Source: Sphaerodactylus townsendi
Lineage: Eukaryota
Direction of reading: 5' to 3'
DNA: 64,000 nt
Assembly: GCF_021028975.2 (NCBI RefSeq)
Contig: NC_059427.1
Location: forward strand, 17,422,001 to 17,486,000
Made by a program: the position numbers and the translations under genes. How positions within the stretch are numbered: the first letter of the stretch is position 1; the number at the start of each line of letters is the position of its first letter. The notes under the pieces were generated by a model. The model worked only from the letters and a program-made list of their open reading frames with translations, was not told the DNA's origin and ran no database searches. Positions 38,880 through 54,300 of this stretch are shown in pieces.

Positions 38880-39323
38880 TACCGGAGATGTTCCCTCTCA
38901 CCTCTTTAGAAGAATTTTATAACTCCCGCTGCTTGAAAAAAGTTTGGTATATCCTGAAGTTTGGTATATCTCACCCTGCTTTTTCTTTTTTTGAACTATT
39001 ACCATCTGGCAGAAGATACAGGATCATGAAGACCAGGACAACTAGACTCAGAGGCAGCTTTTATCCTAGAGCTGTGGCTATGATTAACTCCATGGCGATG
39101 TGTTGGCGTGGTGATGGCTGCGTAGAGATGGTTGTGCAGGGATGGTTGTAACTTGGGGGTGTGCAGATTGCAGCCCCCCACCGCTCTTAGTGGATTGCAG
39201 GTGATGTTCGTCTATTAATGCTTTGTATTTTTGTATTTTCGCTGTTTTGTATTTTCGTTGTGTGGACACAAGGCACAATGTGTGTGCACAATGACATTAA
39301 AGTTATTCTATTCTATTCTATTC
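38880..39323 (+). mobile_element. Rex1/Babar-type LINE 3' fragment
   Basis: HPAFSFFELLPSGRRYRIMKTRTTRLRGSFYPRAV is the characteristic Rex1 C-terminus; (TTCTA)n tail. Confidence 0.8.
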
Positions 39324-39628
39324 CTGAATGCCTTCTATTTTTCCCAAACTGAGGAAGATGCCAGTACTCAAAAGGAAAAGTTCTATTCCACAATTAGGTG
39401 GGGTTGCCAATTGTCTAGAGAGATGCATATGATGTGCATTGACTGTGCAAACCTGACCTCATTTCCTCTGGGAATCACACCACCCATAGCCAGTTTGGTG
39501 CATAAGCAGAGAAGGCAGGGAGCCAACCTGGGTCAAAATTCCATGATTTCTCAACTAGCCCCTGCTCCCCAAACCCTCAGCATGAGAACGATAACACTGG
39601 CCTACCTTACGTGGTTGTTGCACTAGGC

Positions 39629-39922
39629 CAGGGGTAGGGAACCTGCGGCTCGAGAGCCTCATGCGGCTCTTCTGCCCTTGCACTGCGGCTCCATGAGCCG
39701 AGCCGCTGGCCCGATCCTTGCCCGCCCTGCAGGCAGCAGGGCGGGCGCATCCATGCGCTTCTCAGAATGAGCGGAGTAAAAGGTAAAAAAAAAAACCTCC
39801 CAATATATACAGTGTTATCTTTATTTTAAATGTCAAAAATTATTTGCGGCTCCAAGTGTTTTCTTTTCCCATGGAAAATGGGTCCAAATGGCTCTTTGAG
39901 TGTTAAAGGTTCCCTACCCCTG
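39629..39922. mobile_element. hAT MITE
   Basis: TIRs CAGGGGTAGGGAACC / GGTTCCCTACCCCTG; TSD CACTAGGC. Confidence 0.88.
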
Positions 39923-40028
39923 CACTAGGCTTATTGAAGTGAAACGTTCTGAGCATTTTTTTAAAAGTGACACATAAATACTGCTGTGCTCAATTCCTGT
40001 TCATCCTTTATTACATGTAAATAAACCA

Positions 40029-40037
<9 letters not shown>

Positions 40038-40083
<46 letters not shown>
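40038..40083. repeat. (TG)n microsatellite
   Basis: About 22 TG units. Confidence 0.95.
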
Positions 40084-40084
<1 letters not shown>

Positions 40085-40244
40085 TATTTATTGTATCAAA
40101 TTGTTTATATGCTTTTATCGTAAGCCGCCCTGAGTCCTCTAGGAGACTTGGCAGGGTAAAAATGCAACAAATAAATTAAATTAATAAATAAATTTTAATA
40201 ATCCTGGCCTCTCCTTCCAGCGGTCCTACGAAGACTGCATGACC

Positions 40245-40980
40245 TACCTGAGTGCACGATATAAATACTAATTATTACCGTGTGCGGCCTAACAGCTGTT
40301 CTTCTCCTCCTGCTAATATTACTGCTTTACTAACAGTACCATCAAAGCGCATGGCCCTTCACAGCACAGCCATTAAGCCCTGCGAGACTTCCGCGCCTCC
40401 TTCCCATTTTCGCGAGATGCAAAGATCTGGCAAACGCGCTTCAAACAACGTTTCTGTTCTGTAGCTTCTACGATATACTCCCAGCGGTTGCAAAGAGGAG
40501 CCGGTTCTCACTCTCAAAACATCTCCCCGAGTAGTTACTGCTTCTCAGCAGCCAGACGTCCCCGACGGGAGGGTTGTTGTTGCCCCGCGCTTTTCACGCA
40601 CTGGGATTCTCCACGGTATGAAAGGACCGAATTGCTCCTTTTCCTGAGCCAGCCCAGTAAGGAGGAAGTGGAAGCCGACAGTGTTGTCCTTCTTGCTGCT
40701 GGCCGTCGCTGCTTTAGCATTGCAAGTCTTTTCACCTTGGTTTGGCGCACGGAGACCTCCCCGCCGGGAGGCGAGGAACTGCGTGGTGCTGAGCCCTTCC
40801 ATCCGGAAGCACAAAAGTGTCTTTGCTTTCCGCACCCTTTCAGGCGCTTGCAAACCGAGCCAACATCTATACAGAGCCCTCTGCTGTCCACAACCGATCG
40901 TTTAGCATGGGAAAGGAAATCGGGAGAATGTGATTAAATCTCGTTCATCCGAGCATGCGGTTTATTTGACCCCGACGGCA
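40245..40980 (-). promoter_or_regulatory. CpG-rich promoter/first exon of ZNF-E
   Basis: CpG enrichment, TTTCGCG and CCGGAAG motifs, donor CAG|GTAGGT near 40248. Confidence 0.5.
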
Positions 40981-42999
40981 GCTGCTGGGGGTTATGAATG
41001 TCATTGTTGTAATTCATTTAAATTAGTTACATTAAAATCCTTGTCCGCGGATGTGAACGAGCCACTTACAAGATCAGACACCTTCGCGCCTCATTTCCCA
41101 AAGCTGATTACGTTTGTATTTATTATTCATGTCGTAACTCATATTTATAGCAAGCTCACAGTTAAAGCAACGAGATATTTCAATGTAGTAATCTGACTGA
41201 AACCCAAGAAAACGCCTGAACCTGGATGCCCATTAAAAGTCAAAACAAATGAAACAGCCTTTGCAGTACCGCTTACAAATAATACTAAAACATTTTATGC
41301 TACGCACATCTTATATATTAAACCATGCAGCACTCTTGGACAGCCCAATCCAAGGGTGGGTGGGTGCAGCCGTGGCTGGGGATGGTGCCGCAGCAGTGCA
41401 TCCACACAGCCTCCAGTGGGGTATCAAGTGGCATGGGAAGGGGTGGGAAAAGACGCCCGTTGTGTGAAAAATCTCATAGGAAACACAAATTTACGCCACC
41501 CTTTTTTGGTGGCATAAGTCTGCTGCTGGCATAGGGCCTGTTCCCAGGCTGAAAGTCCTTTAGGAGCCAACTGAAGTTGGAGGCTGTTGTGGTGGAGGCT
41601 TGTAGGACCAAACCTCTGGGTTTGGGTGCTGCAGCGGCCAGCCACCAAGATGTCCCTCTGCACCCGCATCTGTGCCACCTTCAGCCCCCCCCCCCCTTTG
41701 GATTGCACAGTCAACCTTGTTCTAGATTCTAGAATGAACTAAGCTCATGCTGTCTGAGGATACTGAACTTACCTACATACGAAAGTGCCATCTAGTCACA
41801 GCCAGTTGTGGGGTCCAAAAATTTTAGTAACAGGTTCCCATGGTGGTGGGATTCAAACTGTGGTGTAGCGCCAACGGGGCTGGGCGGGGCACGACGAGGG
41901 CGTGGCCGGGCGTTCCTGGGCGGGGCATTCCTGGGCGGGGCTGTGGCAAGGACACAGCCGCTGCACCGGTCCTTGGGCGGGAAATGAATGCATGCAGGCG
42001 CAGGCTGCCACGCACGCTGGTGCACCTCCTGCTAGACTGCTTCAAGTTCTACGCGCTACTGCTGAGAGGAGGGGCATAACTAAGGTAAAAATCACATGGC
42101 AAAATCACCAATTAGTAACCCCCTCTTGGCACACACAAATAATTAGTAACCTACTCTCTGGAATCTGTGAGAACCTGCTGGATCCCACCTCTGGTCACAA
42201 CCAATTTATAGCAACTAGCTTTCAAGGCAACTGATTAAGCAGAAGTGGCTGACCATGGCCTTCCAGAATCTTTGGGAAAGGGGGGGGGGGGTTTCTCCCA
42301 TCCAAGTACCAACTCTGCTTAGCATCTGAAATCTAACAAGAGTAGGCTATACTGTGCTGTCTTCCCTCCCACACTGATATTAGGGCACTGTAATGTAGAA
42401 GGAAAATGTCTTTTAAACTGTAAAATCTTTATCTGCATAGGTTAGAGACCACTTTGTCAAATGCAAGAATTTGTATTCGTTAGATGAAAGTAATATATTT
42501 TGAACAGTGAATATTTATATTATAGATCTGTTACATTATATACCCGCGGTGGCGAACCTTTGGCACTCCAGATGTTATGGACTACAATTCCCATCAGCCC
42601 CTACCAGCATGGTCAGTTGGCCATGCTGGCAGGGGCTGATGGGAATTGTAGTCCATAACATCTGGAGTGCCAAAGGTTCAAGGCGTAGCCCAGTAGCACC
42701 TATAATGGGCAAACAAGGAGGCCTGAAACTTATTTTCCCCTTTGTTTTTTTCTTTTAAATCATATAGTCTGAACAAAAAACTCAAAAACTCGCATACTAG
42801 CAATGTCGTGGTTGAACTTAAGTGTTCCTTTTGTGTTTTTAATACTTGTACAGAGCTTGGGTGGGTGTGTTTTAAACGTGAGACCATATTTAAAAAAACA
42901 ACATGCCTGCAAAATGATGCCAACCACGGTAGGTCAGGATTTCCCCTCCTGCACACCTACACTAGGCCTCAGTCATACTATTACACAGGAGAGAAACTA

Positions 43000-43400
43000 C
43001 GACCAAGCCTTGCGATGCACCACCGTCTCTCGCTCAACAAAACCATTTCCCACCGGCAAAATCAGACTTGGTCGCACAGGAAGACTTCGCAGAGAGCCCG
43101 TAACCAGCAGAGGGCGCCGTTTGTTTCCCAAGGAACGGCGATCAAAGTCCCTCCCTCCGCAATTCGGGCACGGAGGTGCTAGAATAGAGCTTTCGGAATT
43201 CGACGCTCGACAGTCTGGAATGGAGGCTGAATGGAGCCGGAGCCGCTGCCTGCCCATCTGAAAGAGAGGCCGGAAGAAACACTCGCGCCTTCCAACCGTG
43301 CACGCGATGCCCGACCGAGGTGAGAACTGGTGCACTGCGGGCCGTTTCCTTCCTCACCCCCCCACCTACCCACCCCTCCCCGTGGCTGCGGCAGCCATTA
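43000..43400 (+). promoter_or_regulatory. CpG island / first exon of ZNF-F
   Basis: CpG-rich with ETS CCGGAAG. ATG CCC GAC CGA G|gtgaga (43307-43319) is phase 1 and in frame with the acceptor at 45771. Confidence 0.65.
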
Positions 43401-44713
43401 ATCTCGAAGGACGTTGAGGAAGCGTTTTAGGTGCGGGGCAGGGGCTCAGGACAGGCGAGGGAGCGGCTGTGCAGTCAATGGGAGGATTTAAGAATGTTCT
43501 GTGGGGGAGCCACGTCTCCAAAGGGAGGGACCGTGGCTCAGTGGCAGCATGCCAGCGATTCAGGGGGAAGGGGAAACGAGTTCATTTATAACGATTGCAA
43601 TTCGTTATAAATATGCTGTGCGGAATCCACTAGTGCGCTTTTAAGGCGCGGCACCTGGCATTTAAGCAGTCGGAGAGCCCTCCTCTCTACTTGAAAGCTT
43701 GTCCAGCCGTCGCGCAGTCCACAGTGCCGACATGGAGGTGGGTCTTCGTGTCATCTGGCGATGAAGTCTGAGGAATGAGTTGTCCTTTCCATTTTCCTTA
43801 GCTACACACAATCTGCAGCAGAGGCTGGTTGTTTAGAATGAGCGGTGCACCTGCTTGATTTATGTGCTGTCTGTGTATATAAAACATGGTAAAAGTTTGC
43901 CCCCCTGCAAGCACCGTGTCATTACTGACACATGGGGTGACATCGCATTACTACGTTTGTTAGCCCTGACGTTTGCGGGGTGGTTTGCCATTGCCTCTTC
44001 CGCAGTTGTCTGCATTTTACCCCCGGCGAGCTGGATGCTCGTTTTACTGACCTCACAAGGATAGAAGGTTGAGTCAGCTTTGAGTCTGCGGTATATTTAC
44101 TGTGTTTATGTGTGTACAATGGAACAGTCTGCTCCCCCTCCCCCCAAATTATCAGTGAGATTTAGTTTGGTCCTATTGGGTGGAGCCCTTGGTTTCGTTC
44201 GAAGTTCTTTACCAGAAGCTGAAAACTGAAGCTGAAATGGTTGAAATCAGTAAGCAAAGATGGTTGTAAAAGAGCATGTAGATAAGCCAAAGTGTTGTTT
44301 TGAACCAGCTTGTCTCTGAAAACCAGTACCTGAGTGAGTACTGTAGCCCCAGGGAATACTACCTGGTGTTAGAAGTGAGCTTGGATCTTCAGGGCCAAAC
44401 TCTGGTCTGGAGCAGAGCTTTGACCACAGTCCTGCAGTTTTCCCCTCTATGCCACAGAAGTGGCTAACGGTTGAGGCAGTATATCTCAATTCTGCCCTCT
44501 GCACCACCACAGGATCTCAGGATATACATGCTGGCATTTTCACATTTTTCTGCACAACAGCACGATGAGGTAGGTGAGGGTCCCCAAAGACACCACATGA
44601 ACAGAGGCACTGAATTGCATGGTGTTCAAGCAGCAAAAGCTCACAATAAAAACAGTTTATACATTTTCCTCTTGAAATGTCATAGAAATTCTGATGATCA
44701 AGTTCAGTTAGTA

Positions 44714-44859
44714 CAGTGGTGGCGAACCTTTGGAACTCCAGATGTTATGGACTACAATTCCCATCAGCCTCTGCCAGCATGGCCAATTGGCCATGCTCGA
44801 AGGGGCTGATGGGAATTGTAGTCCATAACATCTGGAGTTCCAAAGGTTCGCCACCACGG
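44714..44859. mobile_element. 146-bp palindromic hAT MITE
   Basis: Same family as 21059; TSD AGTTAGTA. Confidence 0.9.
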
Positions 44860-45770
44860 AGTTAGTATAATGACTCCCCACTTAACACCTTTTAAATTCT
44901 GTTGTCCTCTCTATACAAGCTTGTGGATGAACTATTTGCATTGCAGTTTTCAATGGAAGATCTGTGGTGTCAACAAATAGATAAAAACATGAACCTGCCT
45001 TATACTGAATCATGCCATTGGCCTGTCATCTCCAGGGTCTCAGGGTGAAGTCTTTCATATTGCTTACTACCTAATAATTTTAACTGGGGATGACAGGGAT
45101 GGAACCTGGAACTTTCTGCATGCAAAGTAGATGCTCCCCACTGACCTGTGACTCCTCTTAGATCCATTCCCCTACTCCCAAGACTGCCAACATAATCTCA
45201 CTGCCATGTGCCCATACAGCTAGCTGTATTATAATGTCATGACAGTTAGATCATGGTGATCATATCCTATCCAGCAGCATCATGAGTCAGCAAAAAGGAG
45301 TGATCTGACAGCTGGAAAACAGCAGTCAGACTGGCTCAAATCAGATGCAAGTGACCTTTACAATGATTGGTGCAACTGTGTATATAAGCAACTCCTTTGT
45401 ACTGTACCTGTGTTCCTGTTGGAAACAAGTGCCCACGAAGACACTTTGAACTGTTTTAGCATCTCTGTATATATTATCGTGTACATATAGCAACTCTGTG
45501 GTAAAAGCCTTCTTTGGAAAGACCCTGCTGTGTGGAGTGTTGTTTCTTTTTCCTGGAGGTGGGAGGCTGCTGTATATGTCAGTTATATACAGATGAAGAT
45601 AACATGTTTACTCAAGATAAAATTTTTTTGAAGTCTGCCAATACCGGATTTATGGGCTGGCACACTTCCATATAATCCAATCATAAACATACTATTTGAC
45701 CTAATTCCCCTCCAAGATCCTGTGAAAATAATGACCTGTGTCCTGTGTCTGTATTCTCTCTTCTTTCCAG

Positions 45771-46934
<1,164 letters not shown>

Positions 46935-49900
46935 GAACTGAAACTATTGATGTTCATCTTTAATGAGTCACAAGATATTTGCTAACAAAAAATAACCTCT
47001 TTATTCTTAGAAGGCTTGGTAAAAAATTGATTTGTTTTCAATAAAGAATGGCTAAAACAAATGTAAACACTGAGTAACAAGCTAATCCAGTAGAAAAGGA
47101 TCTAGTTCTGGGAAATCCTAATTAATAAAGGTTCTCTCTGGGGTGAAGTAGGGGAGTAATCTGTGCTATTCTGTTTAACTGAAAAAAGAAAGGGTGTTTA
47201 TTTCCACATGTCTTATCGAGAAAGTGGAGGGGTGTTAAATACATGCACAAGTTACACTTTTTTGTATTGGTTTACATATTTTTATAGCCTGTAGGGGGGG
47301 GATATTGTCCTTTGTAGCCTTCCATTCAGAGTGCATGCAAATAAGTTCAGAATTACATTCTTTACAAAGAAACAAAACACATTTTCCCCTCAAAACATGT
47401 TATGTAAATTAAGTACATGTGTTTCCTTTTAAAACTATTATTATGGCACAGAGCAAAATAAGGAGTGGACTGGAGAGCAAACATATCACTGTGTGTAGTT
47501 ATCAAGAGAAAGAAAGAAGTTTGCATTTCTCTCACATACTACTCTCCTGCAAGAAGACTCCAAAAGGAGCTTACAAATGCTCATGCTCCTTCCACCACCA
47601 TCCCCACAACAAACACCATAGAGGGTAGGTGAGGAGCTGAGAACGCTCCAAAGAACTGTGACTAACCCAAGGTCATCCCGCTGGCATGTGTTGGAGTACA
47701 TAAACTAATCTGGTTCTCCAGATAAGTCTCCACAGCTCAAGTGGCAGAGCGGGGAATCAAACCTGGTTCTCCAGATTAGAGTGTGCCAAAGAAAAATCAT
47801 TCCCAAACCAAAGTACAGTTTCATTTCTGTTCCATCAGACACAACCAATGAAAGTTTCATATTTTTTCTCTGCAGCCATAACAACTATAAATTTGTTTTC
47901 TTCTTAAATAGGTGCTTATATTCTCAGGATGCCAATTCTGGTATTGAATACCTAATTCCCCACTTGTGCATATGGTGATGTGTAGAATATTTACAGTCTC
48001 TCTTGTTAACAATTTCAGATTTTGTATCCTTAGTAATTGCTTTATTTTTACTGTGGATAATTCAGAGACACCCCCCCCCCCGCCCCGAAAAAAGCAAGCC
48101 CTGGAGAGGAGACATAACTCATATGTCCATCCTACCATCACTGCTATAGACCCTAAGTCTTTCTCTGCCTGTTAGGATTTGTTCATGGGCAAGGACTGCC
48201 AGCTGCAAGGTTGTGTGTCTCTAATCAGCTGTGCAGCAAGCAGGAAATTAACTGGTGAAGCTTTTCCTGGCATTCAGCTGCAGAGATAAGAAAAGTGTCA
48301 TCTGATGAATTTCTAACTCAAACAGCCGAGAAGGCATTAAGAGTCTTACCAGAGAAAAACCTACCAACCGTAAACGGGGTTCCTTCCATCCATCATAAAA
48401 GAATAATTTGCAAATATACTCATTTTTCCTACATTTTTTGTCAGTTCCAGCCCTATATTGCTTCAGTTTATCTCCCAGTTTCCACATGCATTTTTGTTCC
48501 TTTAATTTTTACTTTTGTGGTTTTTTTCTTTTTCCCTTGGTTTTTTCCAGCTCTTGTGAGGCCGCATATACTCAATGGCTCATTCCGCACATGCAGAATA
48601 ATGCACTTTCAAACTGCTTTCAGTGCTCTTTGAAGCTGTGCGGAATGGCAAATTCCACTTGCAAACAGTTGTGAAAGTGGTTTGAAAACGCATTATTTTG
48701 CATGTGCGGAAGGGGCCAATGTTTTTCTGGCAGCTGATTTTGAATCTGCTCTTTCTATGTGCATAATATTTCTGTCAGTTTCCTTTGTCACTCCCACTCA
48801 CCCCCAGCCTCCTGTTCAATGACTGGACTGTTGTGGTCAAACCACTATCTCTCCCCCAACCAGAATATTACAAAAAAGGACTAAGACATTAATATATTGC
48901 TAGAACATTGCAACAATATGCTTAGGAGGTAAGCCTTGTCACCCTCATTAATACACAGAGGATCATTCACTCATTTGAATTTTTACATCCCACTCGTCAT
49001 TGGGAATCCAAAGCAGCTGGCAAGATAACATGTCCATCCTCCATTTTGTACTTGTAACAACTTTGTGAGGTAGGTTAGGTGGACCAAGGTTATTCTATTT
49101 GAACCTGAGCTTCCCAGATCCTAACTGGACACTAGCCATTATACAGTTCTTGCTTTCTGAAGAGAAAATAAGCTGAAATTAACTTCAGCAAAGTTCTTCT
49201 GAACTTAAAAGCAAAGAAATTGCACATTTTGAGGTCTTCTGATATCCACACAGAGTTCTAAAACACAAAAACCTAAATGCTTTCCACCCCGTAGCCTGTC
49301 AGATGTGTGACTGAATTTCTTAAATGTGTTTTTACCTCTGGCGTGGGAGCACCTTGTTAAAAGGCAGTTTGTATTTGGAGCAAAATGAGTCCCATGCTGT
49401 TTCCCCTTCCTTCAGGGAGCTCAGTGTGGCACTCATTACCGTCATTCTGTTCTCACAACAACTCTAATGTAGGTTAGGCTGAATGTGAGAGAGTACCACG
49501 GTCACCTTCCGTGGCAGAGGGGGGGCTTAAACCCAGGCCTTTCAGATCATGATCTAACCACTATGAAGTACTGGCCTCAAATTGTCAATGGTGGAAAGGA
49601 CTGATACCTGTATCATACCTGCTGCTTCCCCCTGCTGAAACTATTAACTGTTTAATAGTTGGAAGAATAGCATGGAAGGGTGTTTCTATTGAGAAAATTA
49701 TGCAGAAATAAGGCGTAGCTTCACTTGCCAATAGGGTTATTGCTCTGATCCAAATTGGGGCATCCTCACAGTGATTTTTAAGGGTAAAACATGTATTAGA
49801 AGATCCACTGAGAAACCAGCCCACATAATACATAGCTAAGTGCTGAGATAACGGTGAGGAAGCATTCTCTCCACAATATCTAGCCCTCAATGACACTGGA

Positions 49901-50789
49901 ATGGTTATCAAGTTATGAAAGACAAGCACAGGGCCAAAGTGCATATCCTGCTAGAGGTCCATGTTGCTGTAGGGGGTATGGTTGTCAAATTAGAGTTAGA
50001 ACATTCCTGGAGATTTGGGTGTGGGGCCTGTCTAGGGAGGGGAAGGAACTCATCAGGGTATTATGCCTTGGAGTCTACCACATCCTTTTTCTTCAGAGAA
50101 ACTGATCTCTGTAGCCTGAAGAACAGTTGTAATTTCAGATCTCAAGACATCAGGAAGGGGGGATATATATTTAACCCATGGTGCCAGGGAATAATGCCAC
50201 CCTCCAGATATCTCTTTCTGAGGGCCTGAATACACATGGGAGCTAGTATGGCAAAGTGGTTACAAAAAGTAGGAAACAAAATCTGCTTGATATCTTTTAT
50301 AAGGACCAAATTGTCACACAAAACATGCAAGTTTTTGAGCTTTATTTATTTATTTTTATATTTATATTCCACCCTCACCCTAAAGGGCTCAGGCCGGCTT
50401 ACAATGGCATAAAGCCTAAAATCATACATAAAATTCATAAAAGCCTATGAATAACAATCAATAAAAACAAATCATAAAACCATTTAAACAATCCAGCTAA
50501 AAAACCCAGGTGACGAGACATATTGTTCCTGTGTAAAAGCTCACAAAAGCCTCACAATCCCTGAGATTTTGGGACCTGTATTCAAGGTTGTTAGTGTCCA
50601 AATTACCCTAAAACACTATGCTGGGTGTGAACTCTCAGCGGCAATGGTAGTAGCAAAAAAAAAAATTCTTTTTGCCTCCTTCTCTGCTCTCTTGTAAGCG
50701 TTCATTCGTGTCCTAAACAAATGTCTCTATTCCTCGTCATGAGTATGCCACCACACTCGATCCAGTCATCTAAGTTCCTGTTTAGTCCT

Positions 50790-51035
50790 CCTCAGCTCAG
50801 TATACCAAGGGGTCAATTTGGACCGGGGATGGAGAGGACACTGTCTTGATTGCTTCAGAGAGCTTGGTTTCCCAGCTCCCTATCAGCTCTTCGAGAGAGT
50901 CACCAGCAGGTGGTGACTCCTGCAGGATGTTCTGGAACTCAATGGGGTCCATAAGTCTCCGCGAGTGGGCCCAAATATGTCCGTCGCCTAAGTGGGGGTG
51001 GGCGTCAAGTTGCAACTGACATGGTAATCCCATAA
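50790..51035 (-). mobile_element. L2 LINE ORF2 fragment
   Basis: RRLMDPIEFQNIL...SLEELIGSWETKLSEAI resembles the L2 endonuclease-RT spacer. Confidence 0.6.
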
Positions 51036-51855
51036 GGCAGGGGTCCCCAACCTTTTTCAGCCTGAGGGCACTTTTGGAATGCCGACATAGGGTAGTGGGA
51101 GCAGCCACAAAATGGCTGCCATAAAACACCTGTGCAGGCGGTAGAACCAACAAAACAATGCACTGTTATGGCAGCTGTAGCCGAAGCAAAGTTTCAAAAA
51201 ATCCACATAGCCAATCAAATCTCCAGTGGCCCATATGAAGCCTTTCTGAGCAAAAGCCCCAACTGGTCCCACCTACTTTCTAAAATCATTTGGTAGACTC
51301 CAAGAAAGGTGTCAGTTTACAAGGTAAGAGATGAACTGAGGTTTGCCGCTGCCTGTCTTTGCGTAGGAACTCCGAACTGCCTTGGTAACAGTCCATCCGA
51401 CTACTAGCCAGGGCTGGCCCTGCCTGTTTTCTGAGATTTGACAAGACTGAGCTAGCCTGAGCCATCCAAGTTAGGGCTCAGCACCGTCTATCAAACATAT
51501 ATTCCAGGATTCCTTAAAGAATTCTCAGCAGTTAAAACAACATGAGCATCTAGGTTAAATCTGCAGTACATTAAGATCTCAGAAGGTTAGAGCTCAGGCA
51601 TGTCAGAGGAGAAAAGAAAATCTGACACCCAATTTCATTCATATCTCTTTCTGTTTCCTGCCTCCCATCCTCAAGCAGGAGCAACAGGACTATCATAATA
51701 AATGGCCAACCTGAAGAAGCTCCAGGGTGCTAGAAGAATGGGATTCCAAAGGAAATTGTGATGCCATTTTGGCTGCCTTTCAGGGTCTGTAGAGCTATTG
51801 GAGATTTCGAGAAAGGCTTCAGTCCCATAATCTTTGTTTTCAGAAAACCCTTCAA

Positions 51856-52472
51856 CAGAGGCGTACCAGGGGTAAATGGCGCTCGGAGACAAATTGTCTC
51901 CAGGATGCCCCCCAGGCTCTGCCCCTGCCCTGCCCATCTTGGCTCTGCCCCCATTGCCCTCAACCCCACCCATGTCACCATGGACATGGGCAAGGTTTAG
52001 GGTGCCCACCTCCCGCCCAGACTCCCACCCCTTCCTGCTCCCCAAGCCCCACCCCCGGCCTCAGTGCTTATAAAAGATGGTCTCTGAGGCCGAGACTGCA
52101 GTCTCTTCTGGGCTGCCTGGAGGGGAGGTCAGAAGAGACTGCAGGCTGCCGGCTGGGAGCCCAGCCGGCAGGGGGGGGAAGGGAGGGAGGGAGGGAGGGA
52201 GGAGTCCAGGGCGGGGTTGAGGGAACTTGGAGGCAGCAGGAAGTCCTGCTGTCTCATCATTTCTGCGTGCCTCGGACAGGTCAAGGCATGCAAAAACAAT
52301 GAGGCAGCAGGACTTCCTGATCACGTGGGGGGCCGATTTTGCGCCCCCCACGTGACCAGAAGAGTGGCGCCCAGGGACAAGGGGTACCCTTGGGGTACCC
52401 CTTGTCCCTAGGCAGGGGTACCCCTTGTCCCTAGGCAGGGGTACCCCTTATCCCTAGGCAGATACGCCACTG
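51856..52472. mobile_element. GC-rich hAT MITE with internal 22-bp tandem repeats
   Basis: TIRs CAGAGGCGTA / TACGCCACTG; perfect 8-bp TSD CCCTTCAA; GGGGTACCCCTTGTCCCTAGGCA repeats at ~52390-52460. Confidence 0.85.
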
Positions 52473-53137
52473 CCCTTCAATGATGCCAAATCACTGCACA
52501 GTTACCTTACCAGATTCAGATTTTGAAGAAGCCTTTAAACGCTTTCATGGTACTATATATTCGATATAAAGTTTACATGGAAGTAAATTCTGCAAGAGAA
52601 TTTATTTCCAGAACAAGAGCAAGTATCATGGTATCTTAAAGGCTAACGAATGTATACATTTTTGTGAGCCAGAACCCACTTCGTATTATATTCAGTTGGC
52701 ATAGGTTCGGCGGAAGAGTAACTGGGAGCTACTGAACAGAGGACTAAAGACCCAGTTCCCAAGACACAGGTATGCTACATTATATTACAGAGCATCGTAA
52801 TGACAGACATTTTGGTCACTGTCTAAGTTAGATGTGATCAGAACATGGATACCAGCTTCCTTTTATAGCAAGGAGTACAGCAGGTAAACCATAGCTCTTT
52901 TTTATTTATGACATTTATATGTCACCTTTCCAGACTCCTGCTTGAGGCAGCTTACAGATAAAATCACCACCATAAAATCATTTTTAAATTATAGCGTACA
53001 AAAATAAAACAGCATTAAAAACAAGCAATTAAACACCTGAAAATACATAAAAGAGTTCTCAGGGAAAGAGCAGAGCATAAAACTAAAAAGATATAACCCT
53101 GTAGTTAAACGCCTTAGTAAAAAAAAGAAATGTTTTT

Positions 53138-54300
53138 GTTACCCCGATTAGAGGGAACAGGATAAGTTACCCAATTCTTGTTTAGAAAATCAAAGAAACT
53201 GACAAGGGCAAAGGATTTTAAAAAGTTAGAAAGTTTATTAGAGGGAAACAGGTTGCAGTGACGCCCTGGGACAAAAGACTCAACTTTGACTTTGGAACTG
53301 TCCCCTTTTATAGAAAAACTTCACATGATAAGTAATTAAATTCCTATACATCACAGAATTCCTGACACCTTGGGATAACATACAAAAGCTTAGTGCCCTT
53401 CAGGCCTGACAGACAGACACATATCACTTTGTGGAATTTTGACAGGTTAACAATTCTTTGATATAAAGATGTTCTCCTTTGGCGAGTCTGAGAGGCATGT
53501 CTTATAGACTGATCTGATCGTTTTTCTATGACATGCTCAGGGTTTCATGCTTGTGAAACTCAGGGTTAATTATAAGGGGGGAAAACATTGGAACAGGTTT
53601 CCGCTTTGTTAAGACAACTTTTTCCGGATGCTTCTCGGCCTCTGACATTGTCTCAGGGCTTTCCCCACTGACAGAGTTGAACTGGTTTCTACCTAGGTTC
53701 GCCTCAGTGAATCCCCATTGCCACCGAGCTCAACATTGCTTTGTCTCAGTTCCTCCCCGCCCCCTCAGAACTGCAACATCCTTGTCGCAGTTATGAACTA
53801 CACTTTTCTGCCGGAACAAGGTCGATACCGCTTCGAAGCTTCGAAGTGGGGAAGCATCGAAACAACACCTCATCCGTTCAACCAATCAAGAGCCACTTTT
53901 GTGGCATGCGCAGAACAGGAGAGTCGTGGTGGGCAGAAAGTGCATGTAACTGTAAACTGTAAACTGTAAAAACTGTAAAAAAAAAAAAAAGAACGCTCCT
54001 GTTTTCCACCGTAACACAAGCTCCAATCACGATCGAGGAGTGAAACAGGCACCAAGATGATCCCGCCCACTTCGTTCCATTCCAGGGGGCCAACTCAGTT
54101 GCTGTGGGGACAGCCTGGAATTGCCCTCCACTGAAGGGAACCGAATCGACCTTAGCTCCCTTCTGTAGTGGGGAAAGCCCCTATGTGTTTCAGTCTTCAC
54201 CAGCTTAGACAAATGGCAGAACACAGAATCTGACAGGAGGAATGCACCGACAGAGCAAAAACATAGGCAAGCCTAGCACTAGATATGTTTTTTTTAATTT
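53138..54300 (-). mobile_element. Putative ERV-type LTR interrupted by a Harbinger-type MITE (53656-54180)
   Basis: Begins TGTTACC; minus-strand AATAAA (53234-53239) and TATAAAA (~53305); MITE TIR GGGCTTTCCCCACT. Far boundary not resolved. Confidence 0.4.
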
